Of a DNA stretch of 64,000 bases, positions 22,691-33,512 are shown piece after piece. Origin of the DNA: Pelagomonas calceolata (taxonomy: Eukaryota); NCBI GenBank assembly GCA_918797485.1, contig CAKKNE010000002.1, positions 1-64,000 on the forward strand, given 5' to 3'. Under the pieces are notes generated by a model. It ran no database searches. It worked only from the letters and a program-made list of their open reading frames with translations, and was not told where the DNA came from. The position numbers and the translations under genes were made by a program. How positions within the stretch are numbered: position 1 is the first letter of the stretch; each line of letters opens with the position of its first letter.

Positions 22691-25393
22691 ATGAGCGATC
22701 GCGCCTGGCGCCAGAACAGCGACGCGCTTGCAGCGTTCGGCTCCGCACCAGCTGCAAAGCCGAGGAGGCCACCGCCTCAGCAGCCGCAGCAGCGGTCGCG
22801 CGCCGCGGCCGCGGCGCCCGACGCGTTTTCGACGCTTGTCGCGGACGCGTTCGCGACAACGCGGCCGGCGCCACCGCGGCCGGCGTCGGTCCGCAGCGCG
22901 CCGCCGGCGGGCGCGAACGCGAACCCGTTTCGCGCGGGCAGCAGCGCGCGCACGGCGGACCCGTTCGCGAGCAGCAACGGCTCCGCGCGCCCCGCGGACC
23001 CCTTCGCCGACGCCGACTCGCTCTACGAGGCGCTGCCGGCCGCGCCGCCCGCGCGGCCCGCGGCGCAGCTGCCGGCGAATCCCTTCGCGCCGCCACCGAT
23101 GCGCGCCGCCGCGCCGACGCGCGCGCGCGCGGCGCCCATGTCGACCGGCTATCCGCCGCCGGTGCTGGCGCCGCCCGCGATGCTGGCGCCGACGTCGATG
23201 ATGGCGTCGCCCATCGTCGCGCCGCCATCAATCGTCGCGCCGCCGACGCTGGCGACGACGCTGGCGTCGCCGCCGTCGCCCATAGCGCGGCGGCCGCCGC
23301 CGGCGCCGCGGCGGCCGGGAAATCCGTTCGCGGGGCTGGGCGCCGACGCGGACCCGAGGCTCGGCGCGTCGCCACGATCAAACGATCCCTTCGCGCCGGG
23401 CACGGACGCGAGGCCCGGTGCGCCGCCACGATCAAACGATCCCTTCGCGCCGGGCGCGGACGCGAGGCCCGGCGCGCCGCCACGATCAAACGATCCCTTC
23501 GCGCCGGGAGCGAGGCACGGCGCACCGCCACGATCAAACGATCCCTTCGCGCCGGGCGCGCCGCCGCGGCCGAACGACCCGTTCGCGCCGGGCGCGGACG
23601 CGACGCCCGGGGCGCCGCCGGACAATCCGTTTGCGGGGCTGGGCGCGGACGCGAGGGCGGCGCCGCCGAGCAACCCGTTCGCGCCAGGCGGGCTGGCGGA
23701 CGCCTGGACGGCAGCCGACGCGGACCTGAACTTCGGGCTCCTGCTCGGCGCCGGCGCGCCGGGCGACGCGTCGGGAGAGACAAACAACGGCGACGACGCG
23801 GCGAAGCGCCGCGAGCGCGCGCACAGCCTCAAGGAGCTGCTCGCGACGGAGCGCGTCTACCGGGACCAGCTGGCCTGCGTCGTCGAGCGGCTCCAGCGGC
23901 CGCTGGCGTGGGCGTGCGCGGGCGGGCCGGCGCCGGCCGACGCCGCGGACGCGCGCGCGCTGCCGGGCGCCGAGGTCGCGCGGGCGCTCCACGCGGCGCT
24001 GGACCCGCTGCCCGCCGCGGCGCTGCTGGCCATCTCGGACGCGCTTATCGCGCAGCTCGCGGCGCGGACGGCCGACGGCGGCACGGAGCGCGTCGGCGAG
24101 GTCTTCGAGGCCGCGGCGCCCAAGGTGCTCGAGGCCATGTGCTCGTGGTACGACTGGCACGAGCGCGCGGCGTCGGAGCTGCGGCGGCTCACGGAGGCGT
24201 CGGCGGGCGCGCGCGCGTTCGTGCGGCGCGCCGAGGCCGACGAGCGGTGCGGCGACGGCCGCGCGGCCCGGCGCGGCACTCCAACGGAACGCCTACACCT
24301 TGACTCGGACCTCCCGCGCAGGCGCGGAGACGCTGCTGATCGCGCCGACGCAGCGGCTCGCGCGGCAGCTCCTCTTCCTGAAGCGGCTGCGCGGCGCGAC
24401 GGACGCGCGGCACGTCGACGCGGCCGCGCTCGCGCGCGCCGAGAAGCGCTGGCTCGCGACGCTCGACGCCTGCGACGCCGTCGCCGGCGCGTGCCCGCGA
24501 GGACACATCACGTTCGAAGCGTATCTCACCGGTCGGGTTCCCGCGCAGGCGCGCACGCGGCGCGCCGCCGCGCCGAGGCGCTCGCGCGGCTGCTCGACGG
24601 CGCGCCGCCGGGCTGCGCCGTCGCGGCGGCGGGCCGGCGCCTCGCGCACGAGGGCGAGCTCGCCAAGGTCGGCAACGCGACGGTGCGGCCCGACTACTTC
24701 GCGCTCTTCGAGACGAGCGCCGGCGCGGAGCTCCTGCACGCGTCCGCGCCCGACGCGCGCGGCCGCCTCGCCTTCCGGCGCTTCCTCCGCGTGCTGCACG
24801 TCGAGGACGTCGAGGTGCTCGACGGCGGCGGCGACGCGGCGCTCGGCGGCATCGACGCCAAGAAGCTCGTCTTCGCGAAGCGCCGGTCGCTCACGGCGGC
24901 GCAGGGCGACCAGGCCCTCGACCGCGCGCTGCTGCTGCGCGTCGTCTGCGCGGACCCGCGCGACTGGAGCCGCGGCCACGTCTACTCGCTCGGCGGCGAC
25001 CGCGCGGCCCTCGTCGAGTGGAAGGCCAAGCTCGCCGGCGCGCTGGGCCGGCGCGGCGCCGAGTGGAAGCTGCGCTTCAAGGGGCCGGCGACGTGCCTCG
25101 GCGAGGCGCCCGGCGCGCGCGCCGACGGCGGCGCGGCCGACGGCGCGCGCCGCGACGCGTTCCTCTGGTTCTTCTCGGGCCCGCGCGGCGCGCTGCTCGT
25201 GCGCGCGACGGCGGGCCGCCGGCGGTCCGGCAAGCTCGAGTGGCGCGACGCGTGGCGCGTCGACGGCGTCGCGGCGGCCGCGGACGGCGACGCGTTCCGC
25301 GTCGCCGCGCGCGCGCCGGGGGACGGCCGGCCCTGGACGCTGCTCTTCGCGTCCGAAGACCGCGACGTCATCGTGGCGCTCATGAAGAAGTAA
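22691..25393 (+). CDS. NPF/DPF-rich RhoGEF (DH) and PH-like protein; GC-AG introns 24261-24321 and 24487-24548
   Basis: KELLATERVYRDQL and, after splicing, ETLLIAPTQRLARQLLFLKRL. RRLAHEGEL.K marks a PH-like start. 5 NPF and 7 DPF motifs. Confidence 0.75.
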   Translation: MSDRAWRQNSDALAAFGSAPAAKPRRPPPQQPQQRSRAAAAAPDAFSTLVADAFATTRPAPPRPASVRSAPPAGANANPFRAGSSARTADPFASSNGSARPADPFADADSLYEALPAAPPARPAAQLPANPFAPPPMRAAAPTRARAAPMSTGYPPPVLAPPAMLAPTSMMASPIVAPPSIVAPPTLATTLASPPSPIARRPPPAPRRPGNPFAGLGADADPRLGASPRSNDPFAPGTDARPGAPPRSNDPFAPGADARPGAPPRSNDPFAPGARHGAPPRSNDPFAPGAPPRPNDPFAPGADATPGAPPDNPFAGLGADARAAPPSNPFAPGGLADAWTAADADLNFGLLLGAGAPGDASGETNNGDDAAKRRERAHSLKELLATERVYRDQLACVVERLQRPLAWACAGGPAPADAADARALPGAEVARALHAALDPLPAAALLAISDALIAQLAARTADGGTERVGEVFEAAAPKVLEAMCSWYDWHERAASELRRLTEASAGARAFVRRAEADERCGDGRAARRGTPTERLHLDSDLPRRRGDAADRADAAARAAAPLPEAAARRDGRAARRRGRARARREALARDARRLRRRRRRVPARTHHVRSVSHRSGSRAGAHAARRRAEALARLLDGAPPGCAVAAAGRRLAHEGELAKVGNATVRPDYFALFETSAGAELLHASAPDARGRLAFRRFLRVLHVEDVEVLDGGGDAALGGIDAKKLVFAKRRSLTAAQGDQALDRALLLRVVCADPRDWSRGHVYSLGGDRAALVEWKAKLAGALGRRGAEWKLRFKGPATCLGEAPGARADGGAADGARRDAFLWFFSGPRGALLVRATAGRRRSGKLEWRDAWRVDGVAAAADGDAFRVAARAPGDGRPWTLLFASEDRDVIVALMKK
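23371..23600 (+). repeat. Coding minisatellite (PRSNDPFAPG)
   Basis: An identical 30-mer GCCACGATCAAACGATCCCTTCGCGCCGGG at 23371, 23425, 23479 and 23527. Confidence 0.9.
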
Positions 25394-25618
25394 ACATGTG
25401 TAGTGGTGCTTTATACATTTGTCTCCTCCATTCCTCCTCCGAGTCCGGCGTTCCTCCGGCGTCCTTCCTTCCTTCCTTCCTTCCTTAGGCTCGTTTTTTA
25501 ATTCACTAGTACTAGTATCCAGCCCGGGGGCCTGACTCGGACTCGGAGGTATTTTTTTTTGTCACTGAAAGTTTACTAGTAAACAACTTGAACATACAAA
25601 ACGCGTGGGGAGGAGCGC

Positions 25619-26866
25619 CTAGCTCTTCGCCGTCGCGGAGAGCGTGAGGAGGTGGACGTCGTTCAGGAGACGCGGCGCCGGGTCCTTCTTGCAGTAGGAG
25701 CCTGACGTCGAGCCGCCGACGATGAAGACGTCCCTGCCCTTGATCGCACTCGCGTGGCCGTGGCGCGGCAAGGGGGGCTCGCCCGGGAAGCCGTGGCCGT
25801 GGCGATCTCGACGCCAGACGGGGCGATGCGGTTGTTGCAGGCTGAGGATGGCACAGTCGTTGTGGCACACGGCTCCCCGATCCGGAGCCGCCGCGGCGCG
25901 CGTGTCTTCCGCGGGCCCGGTGCCACCGAAGATGTAAATACCGTGCCCGTTCGTGACGGCCGAGAGCCCGTAGCGATCCGACGGCGTGACGCCCTGCGGT
26001 TTCGTAGGGATCCAGGATCCCGTCCCGCGGTGCTCGTCCACTTCCAGGCACGCCACGAAAGAGTGCGAAGGAATGCAACCGTCCGCCCCGTAGCCCCCGA
26101 AGATGAAAATGGCGTCCCACTCGCCGGGCGCCTTCGTCGCGGCGTGGCCTGCGAGATCAAGATTTAGTCGCGTCGCGCACTCACTGGTCGATTTCCACAC
26201 CGCGCCCCGCCGCTCCGCCCCATCATGGCGTTCGGCGCGCCCTGGTCCACGACGCGCCACCAGACCAGCGTATCAAGGTTTAAAGCATAGCTATCACTTC
26301 GCCAGCTGACGCCGTCGTATCCCCCAACAACGACCAAAGACGTCCCGATCTGGACGCCTGTGTGCCCTTCGCGGGGGACGGGCTTCTCGCCGACGCAGGC
26401 GCACTCGCGCCATCGTCCTCTTGGGTGCTTCCCCCCCTCGAGAGTGAGGCGCCAGACGTCGTTCAAGTATCCTCGAGAAGATGCTCCGCCGAAGACCCAG
26501 ACGCCGCCGCCGTGCGCCCAGGTCGTGTGGTGCGCGCGCCGCGGCGGCTTTTCGTCGCTGGTCTCCTGCAAGACGCTCCACTCGGGCGCCAGCGGCTCGG
26601 CGCATTCTAGACAATGAGTCTCGTCCGAGAAGCCGCCGCCGTAGCCCCCGAAGATGAAACACCGGGTCCCGACGAACGCGGCAGAAGCCCCTTTGAACTC
26701 CAAGGGAGCCTGCGCGGAATGACGCCGTCGCGTAACTGCCTCGGTGCATGCGGCCGCGTCGACGGCGTCGAGACGACGCGTCAACGTGAGCTTCAATTTC
26801 TACGCCGAGCCAGACCGCGGGCCCACCGACCTCTAGGTCACGCCAGCAGCCGTACGAGCCAGCCAT
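25619..26866 (-). CDS. Kelch-repeat protein; introns 26710-26815 and 26149-26210 (GC donor)
   Basis: Repeated R..H...FIFGG...ND.W blades; splicing restores GRSGHAA. Confidence 0.85.
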
Positions 26867-27353
26867 GCTTCCTTCACCAACCTGGTCTTCCCTATAGCCG
26901 TCTCTCCGTCGGAAGCTGCCCCAAAAGAGGGCTGCTCTTAAGATCTGGCTGCCCAGCCTCGACTAACGAAAGACTGCCAAGCTGCCGATACCTCCAATAG
27001 GTGTGTGTGTGTTGTTATAGCCTAACCCCCTCGCCCGCTAACGAGCGGTTGCGAAAGACGAGACTTGCTGGTACCGGTACCGTAGGTACTTGCTGGTACA
27101 AAAAAGTACTGCGGTATGTGCCATTTTTAGCAGCATAAGGCGCGTCGAGCAGCGCGGAAATTGCCCGCAAAGGCGCTCCTGCGCGGCATTCACGCCTCTG
27201 ACCATCACCGCACACGTTCGGCCAGCTTTAATCGCTGCATTCGCATCACTGCGGTCGAGGTGCGGCCTCAGCTTTGGTGCGCAGCTTAGCGGCGCGCGCG
27301 CAAAACGCCGTCGAGAGGCGTCGCCGGAGGAGACACACAAACGAAAAAGAATA

Positions 27354-27617
27354 ATGGAAGACGACCTCTACGGCGACCTCGACGCCGGCGTCGCGTCGGC
27401 CGAGGTCGCCCGGCTGCGCGCCGACCTCTCGCGCGCCGAGGCGTCGGCCGCCACCGCGGACGGCGAGCTCTCGCGCGCGCGGGCCGAGGCGGCGCAGCTG
27501 CGCCAGGCCAACGAGATCCTCGAGCGGAACATATCGGTGCTGTTCAACACGGCCCTCGCCGAGCTCGCGCGCAAGGACCGCGAGATCGCCCGGCTGCAGG
27601 GGGTGGCGGGTACGTGA
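27354..27617 (+). CDS. 87-aa coiled-coil protein resembling the N-terminal domain of FLASH (CASP8AP2)
   Basis: DDLYGDLD, and NEILERNISVLFNTALAELARKDREIARL vs recalled FLASH [29 protein letters not shown]. Confidence 0.7.
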   Translation: MEDDLYGDLDAGVASAEVARLRADLSRAEASAATADGELSRARAEAAQLRQANEILERNISVLFNTALAELARKDREIARLQGVAGT

Positions 27618-27633
27618 TAAAGATTCACAAAAC

Positions 27634-28389
27634 CTACTTACAGAGCGCCCCGAAGCGCCGCGCGACGCGCCGGCGCGCCGTCTCGACGATCGCCGACGGC
27701 TTCGACGCGTTCTCGCGGACGCCCCGCCCGCCGAGGCGCTCGAGGGCGCGCGCGAAGCGCTCGAGGCGCGCGGCCGCGCGGAGGAACTGCTGGAGGTTCT
27801 CGCGGACGGCGCCGCGCCGCCGCCGCTCCTCCTCGCCGAGGCGCCCGCCGAGCGCGCGCCGCCCCGCCCGGAGCTCGCCGAACGCGGCGTCGCCGCAGAC
27901 GTCCCGCACGTAGGCGCAGGCGTCGAAGTCGGCCGCCGCGGCGCCGCCGCCGCGCAGGCCCAGGCCCAGCGGGTCGTCGGCCGCCGGCCCCTCGGCGTCG
28001 TCGTCCCAGAGCAGCCCGCCGTCCCCGACGCCGTCGCCGCGGCCCCAGTCGCGGTCCAGGGGCTCGGCCTCGGCCCAGGTCGTCGGGCCCGCCGCGGCGA
28101 GGCGCGCGCGCGCGGGCGGACCGCGCGCGGGCGGCGGCGACGCGGCGGCCGGCGCCGCGCCCGCCCGCCGCCGCGCGTCCTGCCAGGCCTCGTCGTCGCT
28201 GCTGCTGGCGTCGGGATGCTGCTGCTGCTGCTCGCGCGCCGCGCGCGCTGCCGCGAGGCGCCGCGCGAAGTCCTCGTCGTCGGAGTCGTCGTCGGAGCTC
28301 GCGCGCGGCGGCGGCGTCCGCTTCTTTTTTTTCTTCAGGAACGTCTTCTTCGCGAGCGACCAGCCGGCGTTCTTGCGCGGTCTAGGCAT
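27634..28389 (-). CDS. Short protein with Sec5/Vps51-like N-terminal helices
   Basis: DPLG...FD..AY......F.EL..G...L......R..VRENL..FL; only 251 aa. Confidence 0.5.
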   Translation of the reverse strand: MPRPRKNAGWSLAKKTFLKKKKKRTPPPRASSDDDSDDEDFARRLAAARAAREQQQQHPDASSSDDEAWQDARRRAGAAPAAASPPPARGPPARARLAAAGPTTWAEAEPLDRDWGRGDGVGDGGLLWDDDAEGPAADDPLGLGLRGGGAAAADFDACAYVRDVCGDAAFGELRAGRRALGGRLGEEERRRRGAVRENLQQFLRAAARLERFARALERLGGRGVRENASKPSAIVETARRRVARRFGALCK

Positions 28390-29244
28390 TTGGTTTTTTT
28401 TTGTGCTCTAATTTGGGAGGGCTAGTCTCCTCGCGTTAGAATCGTGATAGATGGAGGAATGCTTGCGATTTGTGAATTTTGGGACCAGGCGTCCGTCGCG
28501 ACTTGGCTGCTGGCAGCGATGGTTGACTGGCGGTGATGCGTCTGCAGTCACGTGTTGGGCGCTTGCGCTGCTTTTGCGCGTAATGTCAGGACGTTCCTCA
28601 CGCCAACAGAACTCAACTCCACCACGAGCCGACCGCTTTGCGCGGCTCGGTGAGGCCACGGGGACAAAAGCGGTGCCGGGGCGGCAGCGAGAGCTGTTCG
28701 TCGTGCCAACACCAACCGTGCGACGAGGATCTGCCGGCGTAATAGCTAGCGATGAGTCCGCCTCGCTTGGATGCCTGCTTGGCCTCTGGCAAATGCTAGG
28801 CATCCCTAGTGTCTTACACGCCGCTAGCGGCCCTCACCTCAGGGGTTTTAAAGTCCCCAGGGAAGCGTCAGCGGAGGCTTCCCGGGCTGCCGCAGGAAGC
28901 CCTCGCCACGAGATCGGAGGAGAGGACACCACCCACCCGCGTGCGGCCCTTCGTTGTGGGTGAGACAAACAAAACCAACCTACCGCGAGGATTCCGGGGC
29001 TTGTGCTTCGACCATTGTTATTATGGACGCTTCTGCGGGCCCATACGTAGATTAAAATTTCAAGAGAGATTCAACTTTTGGGTGTGGCCCAGGCCTCTCT
29101 CTGCATCTCTCTTCCGCGTTACATGCTGCCCCAAGCAGCCGCGCTGATGCGCCTGTGACGGCAGACGGCGACTTGCAAACCCGGCTCCGCGAAGGCTGGA
29201 AGGCTGCCGCGAGGGCAGCGCAGCAGCTGCCCCATTCCATCATC

Positions 29245-29742
29245 ATGTCGAAGCGCGCCGACGGCGCGGCGGCAGCCCGTGACGACGACGACGCATCACC
29301 GTCAGGCAAAAGCGACGACGACGAGGGCTCGTCGGGCGACGGGGAGCCCTCGTCGCCGTTGGAGCCGTCCGAGGCGTTCAAGCGGCCGCGACTCGCCTCG
29401 GACGCGCGGAAGCCGATCCAGACGCGCGCGCGCGAGCCGAGGCCGCTGGTCTGGCGCGACACCGCCGAGGAGACCGACGCGCCGCCGATTGCGCCGCGGC
29501 GGCCGCGGAGGCAGCCGCGCGCCGCGTCGCCGCCGCCCGAGGCCTCCGAGGCCCCCGAGGCCCCGGACGCGTCGTCGGAGACCCCGACGCCGGAATTGAA
29601 TGCGCGGACGCTCGACGATCCCGCCGCTGTGTTGCCGTCTTCGCCGCCGCCCGCGCCCGCAGCCGCGCCCGCCGCACCGCCTGCCGCGGAGGCGACGCCT
29701 ACCGACGCAGCTGCGGGCGCAATGGCGCGATCAGCTTCGTAA
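29245..29742 (+). CDS. Hypothetical low-complexity protein
   Basis: ATG ORF with host-like codon use; no recognisable domain. Confidence 0.45.
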   Translation: MSKRADGAAAARDDDDASPSGKSDDDEGSSGDGEPSSPLEPSEAFKRPRLASDARKPIQTRAREPRPLVWRDTAEETDAPPIAPRRPRRQPRAASPPPEASEAPEAPDASSETPTPELNARTLDDPAAVLPSSPPPAPAAAPAAPPAAEATPTDAAAGAMARSAS

Positions 29743-31833
29743 TAATCTGTTGCATGAATATAATTCCACCCCGCAATTTGCAGATCCTCCCAAGTTCAAA
29801 ATTCACCATAGTCGTTCACCGAGATCATTCAAAGGACTGAGCTCCCAGATTCAGAAATCATCATAGTCGTTCACCGAGACCATTCCTCTTGTCTGGGCGC
29901 GCGATCACAGCATTGGCAATAAGATCTTCCGCCTGTACTCTGAGATCCCCAGGGGAGGTGTGAGGCTCAGACAGCGTACTGGGGCTCCAAGCCAGGTCCG
30001 CCCACGCCGGGTTCGACGGCCCCAAATGACGGGTACGAAAATCCTCTTGGGTTCGACGAGACCTGTGACAGAAGTCGGTAGACCTATCCGGGTCCGACAT
30101 GAGCTAGCGTAATCGACATACTAGCAAATTCAAAGATACGCCTCTGTAGCGTCAAAAAATTGATTCAAATTCAGAATACATCCTAGTCGTTCGCCGAGAC
30201 CAAATATTTGAGAGTAGCGGTCCGGGAACATACCCTCGCGCCTCCCGGAAGGCACCGCCCGTGACATTCGCGGATGAGTCTTACGAGTTTCCAAAGTAGA
30301 CCAGCGATTGAAGGCGCATTCTACCGTCCAAATGAGACATTATATCAACTCCAGCCCAGTTTTCATCCACAATCGACGGAACCGGAGCCGACGGCGCGCG
30401 CTCGGAGGGCGGGAGAAGAATTCTACTAGACAATTCCCGAGTTTATGTGCGTTTTTATCCGTTTGTTAGTGGTAGAGTCCATCCAGCCCGCCTCAACATT
30501 TACTGAGCCCAGTCTCCTGATCCGTACGAGCCGCGGGATTCGGCGACTTTGGTACCTCGCGTTTATGTGAAGAATGCATTAACTCCTAGACCCGCGAGTA
30601 TCAGCGACGCCACCACCCAGATGGACCATAACGCCGTTGTTCTATTCACGATCGACCGACTTGCCCGTTCTCCGCGGACGACGGTGCGTACGCGGGGCAC
30701 TGGAAAGGCCCTAGACCGGTGAGTTATGAAATAAAATTGCGTTTCAGGCGCTTCGGTTATGGGACGGGCCAGGTAACCGGCCTGACTGCCTACTACATTG
30801 CTCCGAGACCCCAAGATGCTCGGCGCGGGTCGACGGACTCGCGACCACAGGATCTTGTGAAATCGGGGCACCGGACCCGGACCTGCGACCATCAGCCCGT
30901 GTACCATCACCATGGACCTTGACGCGATCATTTGTTTCATGATCGACTGACTTATGCGAGCTCCAGATAAAGATGTTCACGTCCCGAGCGTGGGCAGCAA
31001 AAAGTACCCTTCTTATAATGTAGATGGCATATACTCGTAATTGACTATCGTTGGGGTAGTATGGGGTCCAACGAGACCGCTACGGCGACTACTGGGGGCC
31101 CTCGGGTAATTGACGTTTTTGACGGGAACGGGGCGCCATCGGGCCCAAATTATTTACTTTTTGTGGATGTAGATCGGCTCTCGGACGCCCTCGGGGATAG
31201 GTCTTGGGTCGGGTAGTCGCCTGGGCCGCATGCGCCCGTACTTGGAGCTCCCCAGAGAGCTCTGGATCGAAAACTTTGGGGACTTGGCCTCAAGCCCGAC
31301 AGCTGGCTGAGGACCTGTACTGATATGCATCTACCGATGGAAGCGCCCACGCATGCGGTGTAGGCGATTGCACGTGTATGGTACCGACCCTAAGCGAGCT
31401 CCGGGAGGCCTCAGGACCACGAATTGACAGGATTCCACCGGCGCGGCCGTCATGGCGGGATCGTCAATATCGCGAATTAAAAAAATTAATTTTTTCGGCC
31501 CCCAGGAAGTGTCCCATTGATCTCTTTGGACCAGTAGCGAACGGAACGATACTCAAACGGCTGCATGCACGTTCCAGTTTGCTAGTGTCTTTACATGCCG
31601 CTAGCTGTCGATTTGGCCGGGCCATTTTTTTTTGGGACGCCGGTACAGCTGGATTCGCTTGGATTGCAGCAGCGGAGACAGACTTGCATCACTACACAGC
31701 TGCGTAGATACATCGGTGCAAAAAGAGCTGCACCACTCTGCGTTACAAAATTGCTGCCTGGGAAGCACCTCTTACATCACAGTGAGCAGCTAAAAAAAAC
31801 GAAGATTCAAACTTCCGCAGGGCAGTCCGCGCG

Positions 31834-32859
31834 ATGACGCGGGCCGCCTCTTTCCTACTTGTGGCCGCGGCGGCCGCGGCGGGCGCTGCGGCCGACCGCG
31901 GCGCGCCGACCCGCCGCTGCGGCTGCCCGCTGCGGCTCGCCGGCGGCAAGCCCCTGGGCGCCATCGTGCAGCAGAGCCCGACTCGCACGGGCAGCACGAT
32001 GACCTACAACATGCTGACGAAGGCGTTCCCGGGCTGCTCCGTGGAGAAGTCGCACCGAAAGAAGGGCATGGAGCGCGGGCGTGGGCCGCGGCGCCGAGGA
32101 CCGAGCCTTTTTTCGCGGAACGTCGACCGCTCGATTTTCCACGTATGTCCGCGAGTTTGAGCCGAAACGAACGGTCCCGTACACGACACAGGTCGCAATA
32201 ACCCGCGGGCCCATGACGCCCACCACGAGACCGTCACCGTGTCGACGACGCGGGACCCCTTCGACTCCATCATGTCTTATGCGCTGCTGCGGTCCCCGGT
32301 GACACGGGCGACGCCAGCGAATGTGTCGGTGGGCGAGCTCACGCAGGCGATCGAGCACTTCGGGGTATGGGGCGCGGACGACCTCGTGCGGTCGGGCTGT
32401 AGGAACGCCACGAACCGCTGGACCTTCCGCTACGAGCACTTCAACGCGCGCCCGATGGGCATCTTGGACGTCCTGGAAGAGGCGCTCGACTGCGCCGTGG
32501 ACGAGGCTACCAGGGGCACTATTAGGGCGACGGTCGCCAACGCCTCGTGGGTGGTGGCGACGCCCGGCGCATCTCCACGACCGCACCACATCTCCGCGAC
32601 GCTCGGCCAGTCGCACGAGACCGCCATGCTCCCCTGGCAAGTCGAGCAGCTCTGCAAGGATGCATCCGTGGCGCGGTTCCTCGTAACCTGTGGCTACGTC
32701 CGACAGCGCGCGATGTGCGTGGGGGCAGCGCCGGCGCCGACGCGCGCGGCGCCGCGGGGGGGCTCCGCGCGCGCGCCGGCGCGGTCTCGGGCGCGGGTGG
32801 CGCGCGGCCGGGCGGGGGCGGGGGCGGCGCGTCGGCCGCGCGCGGCGCCCCGAACGTAG
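31834..32859 (+). CDS. Sulfotransferase-family protein with signal peptide; intron 32081-32191
   Basis: PAPS-binding motifs SPTRTGST (5'-PSB) and RDPFDSIMS (3'-PB), plus RYE.F. Confidence 0.7.
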
Positions 32860-33220
32860 CTTAATGCTAGAAAAATACCCCTATCCCTATCCTAGTAGTC
32901 CTTATTCCCTCCTAGACTATTAAGAACGCGTATGAGCACAACCTCTCTCCGTACTTTAGTACCACGGGGTCTGAACACGATTGTCAAGGAAGACAACATT
33001 GCTAGGTTCGTTGATCCGCAATTCACTATAGACAAGCTTAGACTGTCAAGATCAGCTTATCTTGGTCACTTGGAGTCCGGTAATCAGAAAGGGAAGAAAA
33101 TATACTCACCCAATCGACCTCTCCCTACCTTAGTACAATACGTGTCGGTTGTTGTGACATATATAAATTGTGGCGTTCGGCGTCTACAGAGGCGTCGGCG
33201 TCGCCGATGATTATAATAAT

Positions 33221-33240
33221 TATATATATATATATATATA
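33221..33240. repeat. (TA)10 microsatellite
   Basis: Read directly from the sequence. Confidence 0.95.
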
Positions 33241-33512
33241 TCGTAGCCGAACAATATATACCGACACACTTAACAACCGTGACCCCTAGGTCCGCGAATG
33301 TCTACATACCTCTCATTCTCTACTACCATCTTATTCTTAGGTCTTCGCTCGCATGGCTCTGGCGGTTGTAGATATGTCCGAGCCACGCAATCGGACCCTC
33401 TCAAACGAGCCCCGGAGATAAATGAACGCACGAGTAAAAATCTAGACACTGTCGAGCTTGTGAGCTTAGGCTCTACGACGTGTCGATGGGGATACTGGGG
33501 GAAGAATGCGAC

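Noticed and set aside
25501..25520. ACTAGTACTAGTA-type runs (also near 21201 and 41201) as footprints of a second element
   Set aside because: No matching element end in the window; cannot be told apart from 3'-end or low-complexity motifs.
29746..31585. Helitron reading (A|TC ... hairpin ... CTAG|T)
   Set aside because: The termini are too short to be specific, and the CTAG belongs to a motif whose downstream bases are conserved at other loci, which a target site would not be.
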